DNA of 32,000 nucleotides, taken from assembly GCA_944387425.1 (NCBI GenBank), contig CALXEV010000008.1:9969-41968 (forward strand). The letters run 5' to 3'. Every line of letters starts with the position of its first letter. Positions within the stretch are counted from its first letter, which is position 1. Made by a program: the position numbers and the translations under genes. This stretch comes from an uncultured Clostridia bacterium (GTDB lineage Bacteria > Bacillota > Clostridia > TANB77 > CAG-508). A model generated the notes under the pieces. The model saw only the letters and a list, made by a program, of their open reading frames with translations, did not search any database and had not been told where the DNA came from. Shown piece after piece: positions 17,630-25,966 of the stretch.

Positions 17630-20557
17630 TTATCTTTTAACTTCTTCAAGAATATATGCTTCTATGATATCTCCTTCTTTAATGTCATTATATTTTTCAA
17701 TTTGAATACCACATTCATATCCTTTTGATACTTCTTTTGCATCATCTTTAAATCTCTTCAAAGATGCAAGTTTTCCTTCATGTATAACAACATTATCACG
17801 AAGTACTCTTACTCCAGCATTTCTTTCTAGTTTACCATCTGTAACATATGCACCTGCAATTGTTCCAACATTTGAAATCTTAAATGTTTGTCTTACTTCT
17901 GCATTTCCTATAACATGTTCTTCATATTTAGGTGCTAACATTCCTTTCATTGCAGATTCAACATCATCTATTGCTTGGTAAATTACTGAATATTGTTTAA
18001 TTTCAACTTGTTCTTTTTCTGCCATTTCTTTAGCTGTTGGCATTGGACGAACATTGAATGCTATTATTATTGCATTTGATACTTTTGCTAATGTTACATC
18101 TGATTCTGTTACAGCTCCTGCTGCAGCGTGTATAACTTTTACTTTAACTTCTTCATTTGATAATTTTTCCATTGATTGTTTTAATGCTTCAACTGAACCT
18201 TGAACATCTGCTTTTACTATTAAGTTAAGAACTTTCAAGTCTCCAGCTTCCATTTGACTGAATAAATTATCTAATGTTACTTTACTCATGGCATTGATTG
18301 CTTTTTCTCTTTCTTGACGTTTTCTCTTTTCAATTAAATGTTTTGCAGTTTTTTCATCTTTTACTTCATAGAATGTATCTCCTGCTTGTGGAACTTCTGT
18401 TAATCCCATGATTTCTACAGGTGTTGATGGTCCTGCTTTTTTGACTTTTTTACCTTTTTCGTCTGTCATACTTCTTATTCTACCGATAGCAGAACCAACT
18501 ACGACTGTATCTCCAACATCAAGAGTTCCTCTTTGTACTAATATAGATGCTACTGCTCCTCTATTTTTGTCAAGTTTTGCTTCTATTACAACACCTTTTG
18601 CTTGTTTATGAGGATTTGCTTTTAATTCTAATACATCTGCTTCTAATAATACCATTTCTAATAATTGGTCTATATTTATATGTTGTTTTGCAGATATTGG
18701 AACATATATTGTGTCTCCTCCCCATTCTTCTGGTACTAATTCATAAGCCATTAATTCTTGTTTTACTTTTTCAATATTAGCATCTGGAAGGTCTATTTTA
18801 TTTATTGCAACTATAATTGGAATTCCTGCTGATTTAGCATGGTTTATTGCTTCTACTGTTTGTGGCATAACTCCATCATTTGCTGCAACTACAAGTATTG
18901 CTATGTCTGTTATTTGAGCACCTCTTGCTCTCATTGCTGTAAATGCCTCATGTCCTGGTGTATCTAAGAAAGTTATTTCTCTGTCATTTATTTTTACTTT
19001 ATATGCACCAATATGTTGTGTTATTCCTCCAGCTTCTCCTTCTATAACATTTGTTTTCTTTACAGCGTCTAATAATGATGTTTTTCCATGGTCTACGTGT
19101 CCCATTACAACAACTACTGGTGGACGTGGTTCTAATTCTTCTTCTCTATCTTCTGATTCGTCGAATAGAATGTCTTCTTCAGTAACTGTTTCTTTTTTGT
19201 TTACTTTTACACCAAATTCATCTGCAATTAATGTTGCTGTATCAAAATCAATTTCATTGTTTATTGTTGCCATAACTCCATATCCTAGAAGTTTTTTGAT
19301 TACTTCTGCTGTTGTTTTCTTTAATTCTGCAGCAAAGTCTTTTACTGTTATAGTTTCTAGAATTGTTATTTCTTCAAGCTTAAATATTTTTTGTTTTGTT
19401 CTATTTTCTTCATCTTTATTTACTTTCTTTTTGCCTCTTTTTCCTCTTTGTGTTGTTAAATCATAATAATCTAACATTCCACCTTCTTGATCATCAAACA
19501 TATTTGATAAACTATCTGTTCTTTTTAGTCCTTTTAATTTATGTTCATTTATTTCACCATTTTGGTTATTTCTTCTAGATTTATTTGATTTTTTGCTTCT
19601 ATTTTCATCAAATTTATTATTTTGTTTTTGTTTGTCTATTGCTTTGTTATATTCTCTTATTGGCTCTTTTTCAATTGTTTCAACAGCCATAATATCTTTG
19701 ATATTTTTTTCTATTCCTTTTTCATCTAATGGTCTGCTTCCACCAAATCTTTGGTTTCCACCTTGTCTATTTTTGTCAAATTTTCCACCATTTTGATTAA
19801 AGTTATTTCTGTTCCCAAAATTTCCTGGTCTAGAATTATTTCTATCAAAGTTATGATTATTATGGTTTCTGTTATCATTATTAAATTTGTTTTTATTCAC
19901 AAAGTTTCCAGATTGACTATTTTTATTATTTTGTCTAAAATCTCTATTATTATTTATATTCTTGTTTGAATTGTATGTATTTTTTGTTTCTGTTTTTACC
20001 TCAGTTACTGTTTTTTCAATCATATTTTCCTTTTTTGCCTCAACATCCATTTTATTTTCTTTTTCTTCTACCTTTTCTACCTTTTTTTCAGTCTCATGAA
20101 CCACTGGTTCTTCTTTTACTTCTTTTTTTACTGGTGTTTCTTTCTTTATCCCAAACAATTCGTCTACTGTCATTGGTTTAGATGGTTTATTCCTATATAC
20201 AATGTTATAATCTTTATTATGTTTTCTTTCAACAAATCCTACTCCATTAGTTTTTGTATTTTCTCTTTGAACTGCTTCTTTTTGTTTTGACACATCATCA
20301 TTAATAATAACTTCTCTTCTTATTATTACTGGTGAAGTGTTTCTTTCTGCTTTTTCTGCAATTGTTTTCTTTTCTTCCTTTTTATTTGTTTTCTTTTTTG
20401 CGTTTTCTCTTATTCTTTTTGCTTGTTCATCATCTACAGCACTTAAATGACTTTTAGCATCAATATCTAATTTTTGTGCTATTTCAATTACTTCTTTACT
20501 TGTTAATCCTAGCTCTTTTGCTAAGTCATAAATTTTAAGTTTACCCAATAACATCAC
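17630..20557 (-). CDS. infB: Translation initiation factor IF-2 with a long Lys/Glu- and Asn-rich N-terminal extension
   Basis: G-domain [24 protein letters not shown] and NKID, plus the C-terminal IF2 domains. N-terminal [10 protein letters not shown]. The start is ambiguous (GTG 20557, ATG 20554 or TTG 20548). TTG 20548 has the best spacing to GGGGGTG. All three overlap the end of ylxR. Confidence 0.95.
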   Translation of the reverse strand: MMLLGKLKIYDLAKELGLTSKEVIEIAQKLDIDAKSHLSAVDDEQAKRIRENAKKKTNKKEEKKTIAEKAERNTSPVIIRREVIINDDVSKQKEAVQRENTKTNGVGFVERKHNKDYNIVYRNKPSKPMTVDELFGIKKETPVKKEVKEEPVVHETEKKVEKVEEKENKMDVEAKKENMIEKTVTEVKTETKNTYNSNKNINNNRDFRQNNKNSQSGNFVNKNKFNNDNRNHNNHNFDRNNSRPGNFGNRNNFNQNGGKFDKNRQGGNQRFGGSRPLDEKGIEKNIKDIMAVETIEKEPIREYNKAIDKQKQNNKFDENRSKKSNKSRRNNQNGEINEHKLKGLKRTDSLSNMFDDQEGGMLDYYDLTTQRGKRGKKKVNKDEENRTKQKIFKLEEITILETITVKDFAAELKKTTAEVIKKLLGYGVMATINNEIDFDTATLIADEFGVKVNKKETVTEEDILFDESEDREEELEPRPPVVVVMGHVDHGKTSLLDAVKKTNVIEGEAGGITQHIGAYKVKINDREITFLDTPGHEAFTAMRARGAQITDIAILVVAANDGVMPQTVEAINHAKSAGIPIIVAINKIDLPDANIEKVKQELMAYELVPEEWGGDTIYVPISAKQHINIDQLLEMVLLEADVLELKANPHKQAKGVVIEAKLDKNRGAVASILVQRGTLDVGDTVVVGSAIGRIRSMTDEKGKKVKKAGPSTPVEIMGLTEVPQAGDTFYEVKDEKTAKHLIEKRKRQEREKAINAMSKVTLDNLFSQMEAGDLKVLNLIVKADVQGSVEALKQSMEKLSNEEVKVKVIHAAAGAVTESDVTLAKVSNAIIIAFNVRPMPTAKEMAEKEQVEIKQYSVIYQAIDDVESAMKGMLAPKYEEHVIGNAEVRQTFKISNVGTIAGAYVTDGKLERNAGVRVLRDNVVIHEGKLASLKRFKDDAKEVSKGYECGIQIEKYNDIKEGDIIEAYILEEVKR

Positions 20558-20822
20558 CCCCGATTTTATTTACAATAGTTTCTTTTATTTGTTCATATAT
20601 CTCTTCACTTAATTTAATTTCTAAAGCTTTTTCTAATTTTTTGGTCTTTATAGCTTTTTCTAAACATTCTAGACTATAACAAATATATGCTCCTCTACCT
20701 GGTTCTTTTCCTTTTTCATCTATTTTTATTTCATTATCTTTATTTTTTACAATTCTTAATAATTGTTCTTTATTTTTTTGTGTTCTACATATTACACAAG
20801 TTCTTTGTGGTACTTTTTTCAC
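20541..20822 (-). CDS. ylxR: YlxR/RnpM family (DUF448) RNA-binding protein
   Basis: [20 protein letters not shown] and GRGAYIC motifs. Conserved position between nusA and infB. Confidence 0.9.
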   Translation of the reverse strand: MKKVPQRTCVICRTQKNKEQLLRIVKNKDNEIKIDEKGKEPGRGAYICYSLECLEKAIKTKKLEKALEIKLSEEIYEQIKETIVNKIGGDVIG

Positions 20823-20831
20823 TATTTCCTC

Positions 20832-21953
20832 CTAGTCATTTTCTTTGCTTTCATTTTCCTCATCTTTAGAGTTATTCTCTTCTTCAGCTTTTTTTGTTAA
20901 CATCTCTCTAAACTGTGATTCTGATTTTATATCTATTTTCCAGTTTGTTAGTTTTGCAGCAAGTCTTGCATTTTGACCTGCTTTTCCTATTGCCAATGAT
21001 AGTTGATCATCTGGAACTATTACTTGTGCAAATTTTTCTTCTTGTTTTATATCTACTGCTAATATTTGTGCAGGTAATAATGCTGATGCTATAAAAATAC
21101 TTGGATCTGGATTCCATTCAATTACATCAATTTTTTCTCCGTTTAATTCATTTATTACATTTTGAATTCTAATACCTTTTTGTCCTACACATGAACCAAC
21201 TGGGTCTATGTTTTCATTTTGAGAATATACGGCAACTTTACTTCTTTGTCCTGGATCTCTTGATACACTTTTGATTTCTATTAATCCTTCATATATTTCT
21301 GGAATTTCAAATTCTAAAAGTTTTCTTACAAAATCAGGATGTGTTCTTGAAACTATTGCTTGTGGAACTCCTTTTTCTCCTCTTTCTACACTTACTACAT
21401 ATGCTTTTAGTCTATCATTTACTTTGTAGTGTTCTGTAGGAATTTGATCTTTTGCTAGCATTATTCCTTCAAGTTTACCTAAGTCTAATACTACAATATG
21501 TTTATCTGCTTTTTGTACTAAACCTGTTACTATTTCTCCTTTTCTTTCATTGTATTCATTAAATACTAAATTTCTTTCTGTTTCTCTTAATTTTTGAATT
21601 ATAACCTGTTTTGCTGTTTGAGCTGCTATTCTTCCGAAATCTCTTGGAACAATTTCTACTTCTACAGTATCTCCTATATTTAATTCTTTATTAATCTTTC
21701 TTGCTTCTTCTAGGCTAATTTCTAATGCATCATCATTTGCATTTTCCATTACTTCTTTTATTGCATATACATGTGTTGCGCCTGTTTGTTCATCCATTTT
21801 TACATCAACATTTTCTAATGCATCAAAATTTCTTTTATATGCAGTTATTAATGCTGTTCTAATTGATTCTAATAATTCTTCTTTTTTAATTCCTTTTTCT
21901 TTTTCTAATTCCTCTAAAGCTAATATTAATTCTTTATTATCTATTGCTTTCAT
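20832..21953 (-). CDS. nusA: Transcription termination/antitermination factor NusA
   Basis: N-terminal domain, S1 domain (GEIVTGLVQKAD) and two KH domains (GQRSKVAVYS...DPVGSCVGQKGIRIQ, LSLAIGKAGQNARLAAKLT). Acidic tail. Confidence 0.96.
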   Translation of the reverse strand: MKAIDNKELILALEELEKEKGIKKEELLESIRTALITAYKRNFDALENVDVKMDEQTGATHVYAIKEVMENANDDALEISLEEARKINKELNIGDTVEVEIVPRDFGRIAAQTAKQVIIQKLRETERNLVFNEYNERKGEIVTGLVQKADKHIVVLDLGKLEGIMLAKDQIPTEHYKVNDRLKAYVVSVERGEKGVPQAIVSRTHPDFVRKLLEFEIPEIYEGLIEIKSVSRDPGQRSKVAVYSQNENIDPVGSCVGQKGIRIQNVINELNGEKIDVIEWNPDPSIFIASALLPAQILAVDIKQEEKFAQVIVPDDQLSLAIGKAGQNARLAAKLTNWKIDIKSESQFREMLTKKAEEENNSKDEENESKEND

Positions 21954-21968
21954 TTTTTCTGATTCCCC

Positions 21969-22430
21969 CTACCAATTATACACTGTTTTTATTTGTGATA
22001 TATTTTTTCTTTCTATCTGAATTTCATCTTCTTCACTTGTTTTTATTGATACTACTTCTTGGTCAAATTTTAATAATTCTCCTATATAGTCTTTGTTGCC
22101 TTTTTGGTCTTTCTTGAATAATTTAATTTCAATTTGATTTCCGATATTTTCTTGTAAATGTCTATCTTTTCTTAATACTCTCTCTATCCCTGGTGATGAT
22201 ACTTCTAGATAGTATTGGTCTTTTATGATGTTTGCCTCATCTAGCATCTCATCTATTGCATTACTTACTTTTTCACAATCATTTAAGTCAATTCCTTTTT
22301 CATTATCTATATAGACACTTAAATAATAATTTGGTCCTTCTTTGACATATTCTACATCATACAGGTTATAGCCTAATTTTTCTATTGTTTCTTTTAGAAG
22401 TTCTTCTACTTTTTCTTCTATTTTTGCCAT
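21969..22430 (-). CDS. rimP: Ribosome maturation factor RimP
   Basis: LEVSSPGIERVL motif, 153 aa, directly upstream of nusA. AAGGAGG RBS. Confidence 0.92.
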   Translation of the reverse strand: MAKIEEKVEELLKETIEKLGYNLYDVEYVKEGPNYYLSVYIDNEKGIDLNDCEKVSNAIDEMLDEANIIKDQYYLEVSSPGIERVLRKDRHLQENIGNQIEIKLFKKDQKGNKDYIGELLKFDQEVVSIKTSEEDEIQIERKNISQIKTVYNW

Positions 22431-22458
22431 AAATCCTCCTTTTTTTTGACTAAGATTA

Positions 22459-22483
22459 AAGAGTAGGATTTGCTCCTACTCTT
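22459..22483 (-). promoter_or_regulatory. Strong stem-loop in the rimP-nusA-infB leader (possible attenuator)
   Basis: Minus strand: AAGAGTAGGA-GCAAA-TCCTACTCTT, a 10-bp perfect stem. It is followed by TAATCTTAGTC and lies between the predicted start (about 22500) and the rimP RBS. Confidence 0.45.
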
Positions 22484-22506
22484 CTGTACGCTTTTTGTTC
22501 TTATAT

Positions 22507-22560
22507 ATTATACCCAATTTTTGGCATAAATGCAAGCTTTTTTCGAAATTTTTTCGAGAT
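22507..22560 (-). promoter_or_regulatory. Sigma-A promoter of the rimP-nusA-infB array with an A-tract UP-like element
   Basis: Minus strand: TTGCAT (22535-22530), 17-nt spacer, TATAAT (22512-22507). Immediately upstream is TCGAAAAAATTTCGAAAAAAGC, two phased A6 tracts (a duplicated TTTTTTCGA on the plus strand). Confidence 0.65.
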
Positions 22561-22563
22561 TTG

Positions 22564-22662
22564 TGGCAAAAAAGAACTAACATCAAATCTCAAAATTGAA
22601 AATGACAAAAAAAGACCCGGTCCCAATTGACATGTGTCAAAAAAGACCCGGTCCCAATTGTC
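22564..22662 (+). repeat. Repeat cluster R4: three A-type units (one degenerate) between the OFOR beta stop and the rimP promoter
   Basis: 22564-22592 TGGCAAAAAAGAACTAACATCAAATCTCA (degenerate core). 22603-22632 TGACAAAAAAAGACCCGGTCCCAATTGACA. 22635-22662 TGTCAAAAAAGACCCGGTCCCAATTGTC, which abuts the TAG stop at 22663-22665. Confidence 0.88.
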
Positions 22663-23613
22663 CTATCTATTTGTAATTTCTTCTAAATCAAGAAGTTCTT
22701 GCCATCTTGCATCTACTTCTTTTTGGAATTCCTCAATCATCCATTCATTTCCTGGTTTAAACATATGTTTAAAACGTTTTTGTGGACGTAAAAATTCTTC
22801 AATTGGAAGTTTTTTAGCTGGCTTATATGTTATTTTATATTTTCCATCTACAACTTCATATAGAGGCCAATAACATGTATCAACAGCTAATTTATTTATT
22901 ACCATTAAATCTTCTGTAGGATATCCCCATCCTCTTGGGCAAGGAGCCAATACATTTAAGAATGCAGGTCCTTTTGTATATATTGCTTTTTCAGCTTTTT
23001 CATATAAGTCTTTAAAATTATTTACTGCAAGTGTTTGTCCAACATATGGAATATGATGTCCTACCATTATTTTTGCTAAATCTTTTCTAGCTTGCATTTT
23101 TCCAGGTATTACTTTACCTGCTGGTGATGTTGTTGTATCTGCAAATTTTGGTGTAGCAGATGAACGTTGAATTCCTGTGTTCATATATGCACCATTGTCA
23201 TAACATACATATACCATGTCATGACCTCTTTCCATTGCTCCAGATAAACTTTGTAAACCTATATCATAAGTTCCTCCATCTCCACCAAATGCAATAAATT
23301 TTGTTTCTTGGTTTTCTGGTAATTTTCCTTGTTTTTTCATTGATTTGTATGCAGCTTCTGCTCCTGCACAAGTAGCTCCTGCACATTCAAATGCTGTATG
23401 AATAAATGAGTCTGTCCAAGCTGTGTATGGATATATAAATGTAGATACTTCCATACATCCTGTTGCACCTGCAACTACTGCATGATCTTCTGGTTTTAAA
23501 GCTCTCATTATCATTCTTGCAACTACTGGTGCACCACATCCAGCACACATTCTATGTCCTTCTGTAAATCTTGATGGTTTCTCTACCATAACTTTCTTTA
23601 AATCATATGCCAT
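22663..23613 (-). CDS. porB: 2-oxoacid:ferredoxin oxidoreductase beta subunit (TPP-binding), pyruvate/2-ketoisovalerate type
   Basis: N-terminal CAGCGAP cysteine motif, and the TPP-binding block GGDGGTYDIGLQSLSGAMERGHDMVYVCYDNGAYMNTG. Substrate specificity (por, vor or kor) cannot be read from the sequence alone. Confidence 0.9.
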   Translation of the reverse strand: MAYDLKKVMVEKPSRFTEGHRMCAGCGAPVVARMIMRALKPEDHAVVAGATGCMEVSTFIYPYTAWTDSFIHTAFECAGATCAGAEAAYKSMKKQGKLPENQETKFIAFGGDGGTYDIGLQSLSGAMERGHDMVYVCYDNGAYMNTGIQRSSATPKFADTTTSPAGKVIPGKMQARKDLAKIMVGHHIPYVGQTLAVNNFKDLYEKAEKAIYTKGPAFLNVLAPCPRGWGYPTEDLMVINKLAVDTCYWPLYEVVDGKYKITYKPAKKLPIEEFLRPQKRFKHMFKPGNEWMIEEFQKEVDARWQELLDLEEITNR

Positions 23614-23614
23614 A

Positions 23615-24805
23615 TTATTTGTCCTCCTTTCTTAGTCCTAAATATCTATATGGATTTTCTACTTTTCCGTTTTTTAGAATTTCTTCTAAGTCAATATATA
23701 CTTGTTTTATTTGCATTTCTGTAGTATCTCTACCACCAATACCATAAACGTAGTTTACCATAGGTACTTGTTTTTGATTTACATACATTGCTGATGTTAC
23801 ATCTTCAAATAATGCTCCTCCTGCACCATTTAAAGAATCTGCTTTGTCTAATACTGCAACAGCTTTTAAATGAGCAAGTGCTTCTGCAACTTCTTCTACT
23901 GGGAATGGTCTAAACATTCTTATTTTTAATAATCCTGCTTTTACACCTTTTTCTCTTAATTCATCAATTACAGCTTTTGTTGTTCCTGCTGTTGAATTCA
24001 TACAAACTATTGCGATTTCTGCATCATCTAGCTTATATTTTTCAAAGAATTCATATTTTCTTCCTGTCCATTTTTCAAAGTCTTCTGAAACTTCTTTTAT
24101 TACTTTTTTTGCATTTTTCATTGCTTCTGCTTGCTGTGCTTTATGTTCAAATAAATATGCTTGTACATCTAAAGGTCCTACTGCAATAGGTTCTTTTTCG
24201 TTTAATAAATAATGTTCAGGTTTATATGTTCCAACGAATTTTTTAACTTCTTCATCACTTTCTAATTGTATATTTTCAATAGAGTGTGATGTTATAAATC
24301 CATCTTGACATACCATTACTGGTAATTGAACATCTTTGTGTTCTGCTATTCTGTGTGCCATTAACATATTGTCATATGCTTCTTGGTTGTTTTCAGAAAA
24401 TAGCATTATCCATCCTGCATCTCTTACTCCCATTGCGTCTGAATGGTCATTATGTATATTTAATGGTCCTGATACAGCTCTGTTTACTAATGCCATAACA
24501 ATTGGTAAACGAAGGCTTGATGCAATATATATCATTTCCCACATTAATGATAATCCATTTGCTGATGTTGCTGTCATTGCTCTTGCTCCTGCTGCTTCTG
24601 CACCGATTGTTGCTGACATAGCACTATGTTCACTTTCTACAGCAACAAATTCTGTATCAACTTCTCCATTTGCTACAAATGTTGAAAAATATTGTGGTAT
24701 TTCTGTTGATGGTGTTATAGGGAATGCTGCAACTACATCTGGATTTATTTGCTTCATTGCTATTGCTGTTGCTTCATTTCCACTTAATCTTTCTCTTATA
24801 CTCAT
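23615..24805 (-). CDS. porA: 2-oxoacid:ferredoxin oxidoreductase alpha subunit
   Basis: MSIRERLSGNEATAIAMKQINPDVVAAFPITPSTEIP is a typical alpha N-terminus. The start is set at ATG 24805, overlapping the delta stop as TAATG and preceded by GAGGAGGG. The 25 extra track codons (to 24880) overlap delta. Confidence 0.9.
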   Translation of the reverse strand: MSIRERLSGNEATAIAMKQINPDVVAAFPITPSTEIPQYFSTFVANGEVDTEFVAVESEHSAMSATIGAEAAGARAMTATSANGLSLMWEMIYIASSLRLPIVMALVNRAVSGPLNIHNDHSDAMGVRDAGWIMLFSENNQEAYDNMLMAHRIAEHKDVQLPVMVCQDGFITSHSIENIQLESDEEVKKFVGTYKPEHYLLNEKEPIAVGPLDVQAYLFEHKAQQAEAMKNAKKVIKEVSEDFEKWTGRKYEFFEKYKLDDAEIAIVCMNSTAGTTKAVIDELREKGVKAGLLKIRMFRPFPVEEVAEALAHLKAVAVLDKADSLNGAGGALFEDVTSAMYVNQKQVPMVNYVYGIGGRDTTEMQIKQVYIDLEEILKNGKVENPYRYLGLRKEDK

Positions 24806-25113
24806 TATTCTACACCCTCCTCTTTCATATCTATTGCTTTGAAAGGACATACTTTTGCACATATTCCGCATCCTTTGCAATAATCATAGTTATAATCTTT
24901 TCTTTTTAAATCTTCTCCTACAGGAATTGCATTATCTGGACATACTGGAAAACATAGTCCACATTGTTTACATTTTTCTTCTAACCAAACAGGTTTCATA
25001 CTTCTCCAGTCACCTGTTTTGAATTCTCTTGCATTTCCTGCCTCATATATAGTTCCTCCTATTGTCATTTTTTCAATAGGTGTTTTTGAGTTAATTTCTG
25101 TCATTTTATACAC
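24805..25113 (-). CDS. porD: 2-oxoacid:ferredoxin oxidoreductase delta subunit (2x[4Fe-4S] ferredoxin)
   Basis: Two CxxCxxCxxxCP motifs: CKQCGLCFPVCP and CKGCGICAKVCP. 102 aa. Confidence 0.9.
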   Translation of the reverse strand: MYKMTEINSKTPIEKMTIGGTIYEAGNAREFKTGDWRSMKPVWLEEKCKQCGLCFPVCPDNAIPVGEDLKRKDYNYDYCKGCGICAKVCPFKAIDMKEEGVE

Positions 25114-25119
25114 CTCTCT

Positions 25120-25689
25120 TTATATTTTTTTAACTTCTTTTAAAGCAATTTCCAATGCTTTCATATTTCCATCTATTACTTCTGGCTTTTTAGCAAATTT
25201 GTGTTTAAATGATTTTTGCATATCTGCTAATAATTCTTCATCTGTCATTATTCCAGATACTTTTACTATTGCTGCAAGCATTGGTGTGTTTGGAAAATAT
25301 TTTCCTAATGCTTCTTGTGATACTTTTCTTGCATCTATTGTATATATTGCTCCTTTATATCCATGTAATGCTTTTTTTAGATATTCAGGAGATTTTGTTG
25401 TATTTATTACTATTGCTCCTGTTTCTTTTAATCCATCAGTTACTGGTACTGATTCTAGTAATGTGTCATCTACTACAACTACATAATCTGGTTCATAGAT
25501 ATTACTATGAATTGTTATTGGTGTGTCACTTATTCTGTTATATGCTGTAATAGGTGCTCCCATTCTTTCTGGTCCATATTCTGGAAAACCCTGTATATAT
25601 TTTCCTGTGTTAAATGCTGCGTCTGCTAATAGAAGTGAAGCTGTTTTTGCTCCTTGTCCTCCTCTTCCATGCCATCTAATTTCAATCAT
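25120..25689 (-). CDS. porC: 2-oxoacid:ferredoxin oxidoreductase gamma subunit
   Basis: MIEIRWHGRGGQGAKTASLLLADAA is the signature N-terminus of gamma subunits. 189 aa. AAGGAGG RBS. Confidence 0.9.
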   Translation of the reverse strand: MIEIRWHGRGGQGAKTASLLLADAAFNTGKYIQGFPEYGPERMGAPITAYNRISDTPITIHSNIYEPDYVVVVDDTLLESVPVTDGLKETGAIVINTTKSPEYLKKALHGYKGAIYTIDARKVSQEALGKYFPNTPMLAAIVKVSGIMTDEELLADMQKSFKHKFAKKPEVIDGNMKALEIALKEVKKI

Positions 25690-25767
25690 TGAATTTAGCC
25701 TCCTTTTTTGCTATTTTAGTTTTTTTTCTAAAATAGTGAGTTTTTATTTTTGTTTTAACTCACACAT

Positions 25768-25796
25768 AGTATATTCTTATTTTGTCTTAATGTCAA
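25768..25796 (-). promoter_or_regulatory. Sigma-A promoter of the oxidoreductase operon
   Basis: Minus strand: TTGACA (25796-25791), 17-nt spacer, TATACT (25773-25768). The roughly 70-nt leader contains two AT-rich hairpins (25710-25735 and 25735-25762). Confidence 0.55.
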
Positions 25797-25822
25797 GCTA
25801 TTTTGAACAGTCATCCTAAAAT

Positions 25823-25911
25823 TTGCCACAGGGACGGTCCTTTTTGGCAATTTGAAAAAAGGAACCGGCACCAATAACCAAATTTGCCAAAAAGGACCGT
25901 CCCCATGGCAA
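25823..25911. repeat. Repeat cluster R5: 89-nt composite of inverted B-type units flanking one A-type unit
   Basis: 25823-25850 TTGCCACAGGGACGGTCCTTTTTGGCAA is the reverse complement (26/28) of 25884-25911 TTGCCAAAAAGGACCGTCCCCATGGCAA. The 33-nt spacer holds the A-type TGAAAAAAGGAACCGGCACCAATAACCA (25853-25880). Confidence 0.88.
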
Positions 25912-25920
25912 AAAATTGCA

Positions 25921-25956
25921 CAAAAAGAACCCCCGCATTTGCAAGGGTTCTTTTTG
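25921..25956 (-). terminator. Rho-independent (bidirectional-looking) terminator after ftsH
   Basis: AAGAACCC (25925-25932) pairs with GGGTTCTT (25945-25952) across a 12-nt loop. An A-run lies on one side and a T-run on the other. It starts 11 nt after the ftsH stop. Its left arm, TGCACAAAAAGAACCCC, resembles the 5' half of an A-type repeat. Confidence 0.65.
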
Positions 25957-25966
25957 ATAGGACTAC

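Noticed and set aside
17559-22662. Direct repeats with regular spacing (41-nt period at 17.6 kb, 32-nt period at 22.6 kb) were considered as mini-CRISPR arrays.
   Set aside because: There are only 2-3 units per locus. The 'spacers' are 2-12 nt and themselves related. No leader or cas genes are present. Units occur singly and inverted elsewhere.
22634-22873. Plus-strand 79-aa ORF starting (M)SKKTRSQ.
   Set aside because: Its GTG start and first codons are generated by repeat unit 22635-22662. The rest is antisense to the OFOR beta gene. The near-identical peptide opening at the false rbfA start confirms it is a repeat artefact.
24806-24880. 25-codon N-terminal extension of the OFOR alpha subunit in the ORF track (MQRMRNMCKSMSFQSNRYERGGCRI).
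   Set aside because: It overlaps the 3' end of the delta subunit gene and lacks an RBS. The internal ATG at 24805 gives the canonical alpha N-terminus, with GAGGAGGG upstream and TAATG stop/start coupling.
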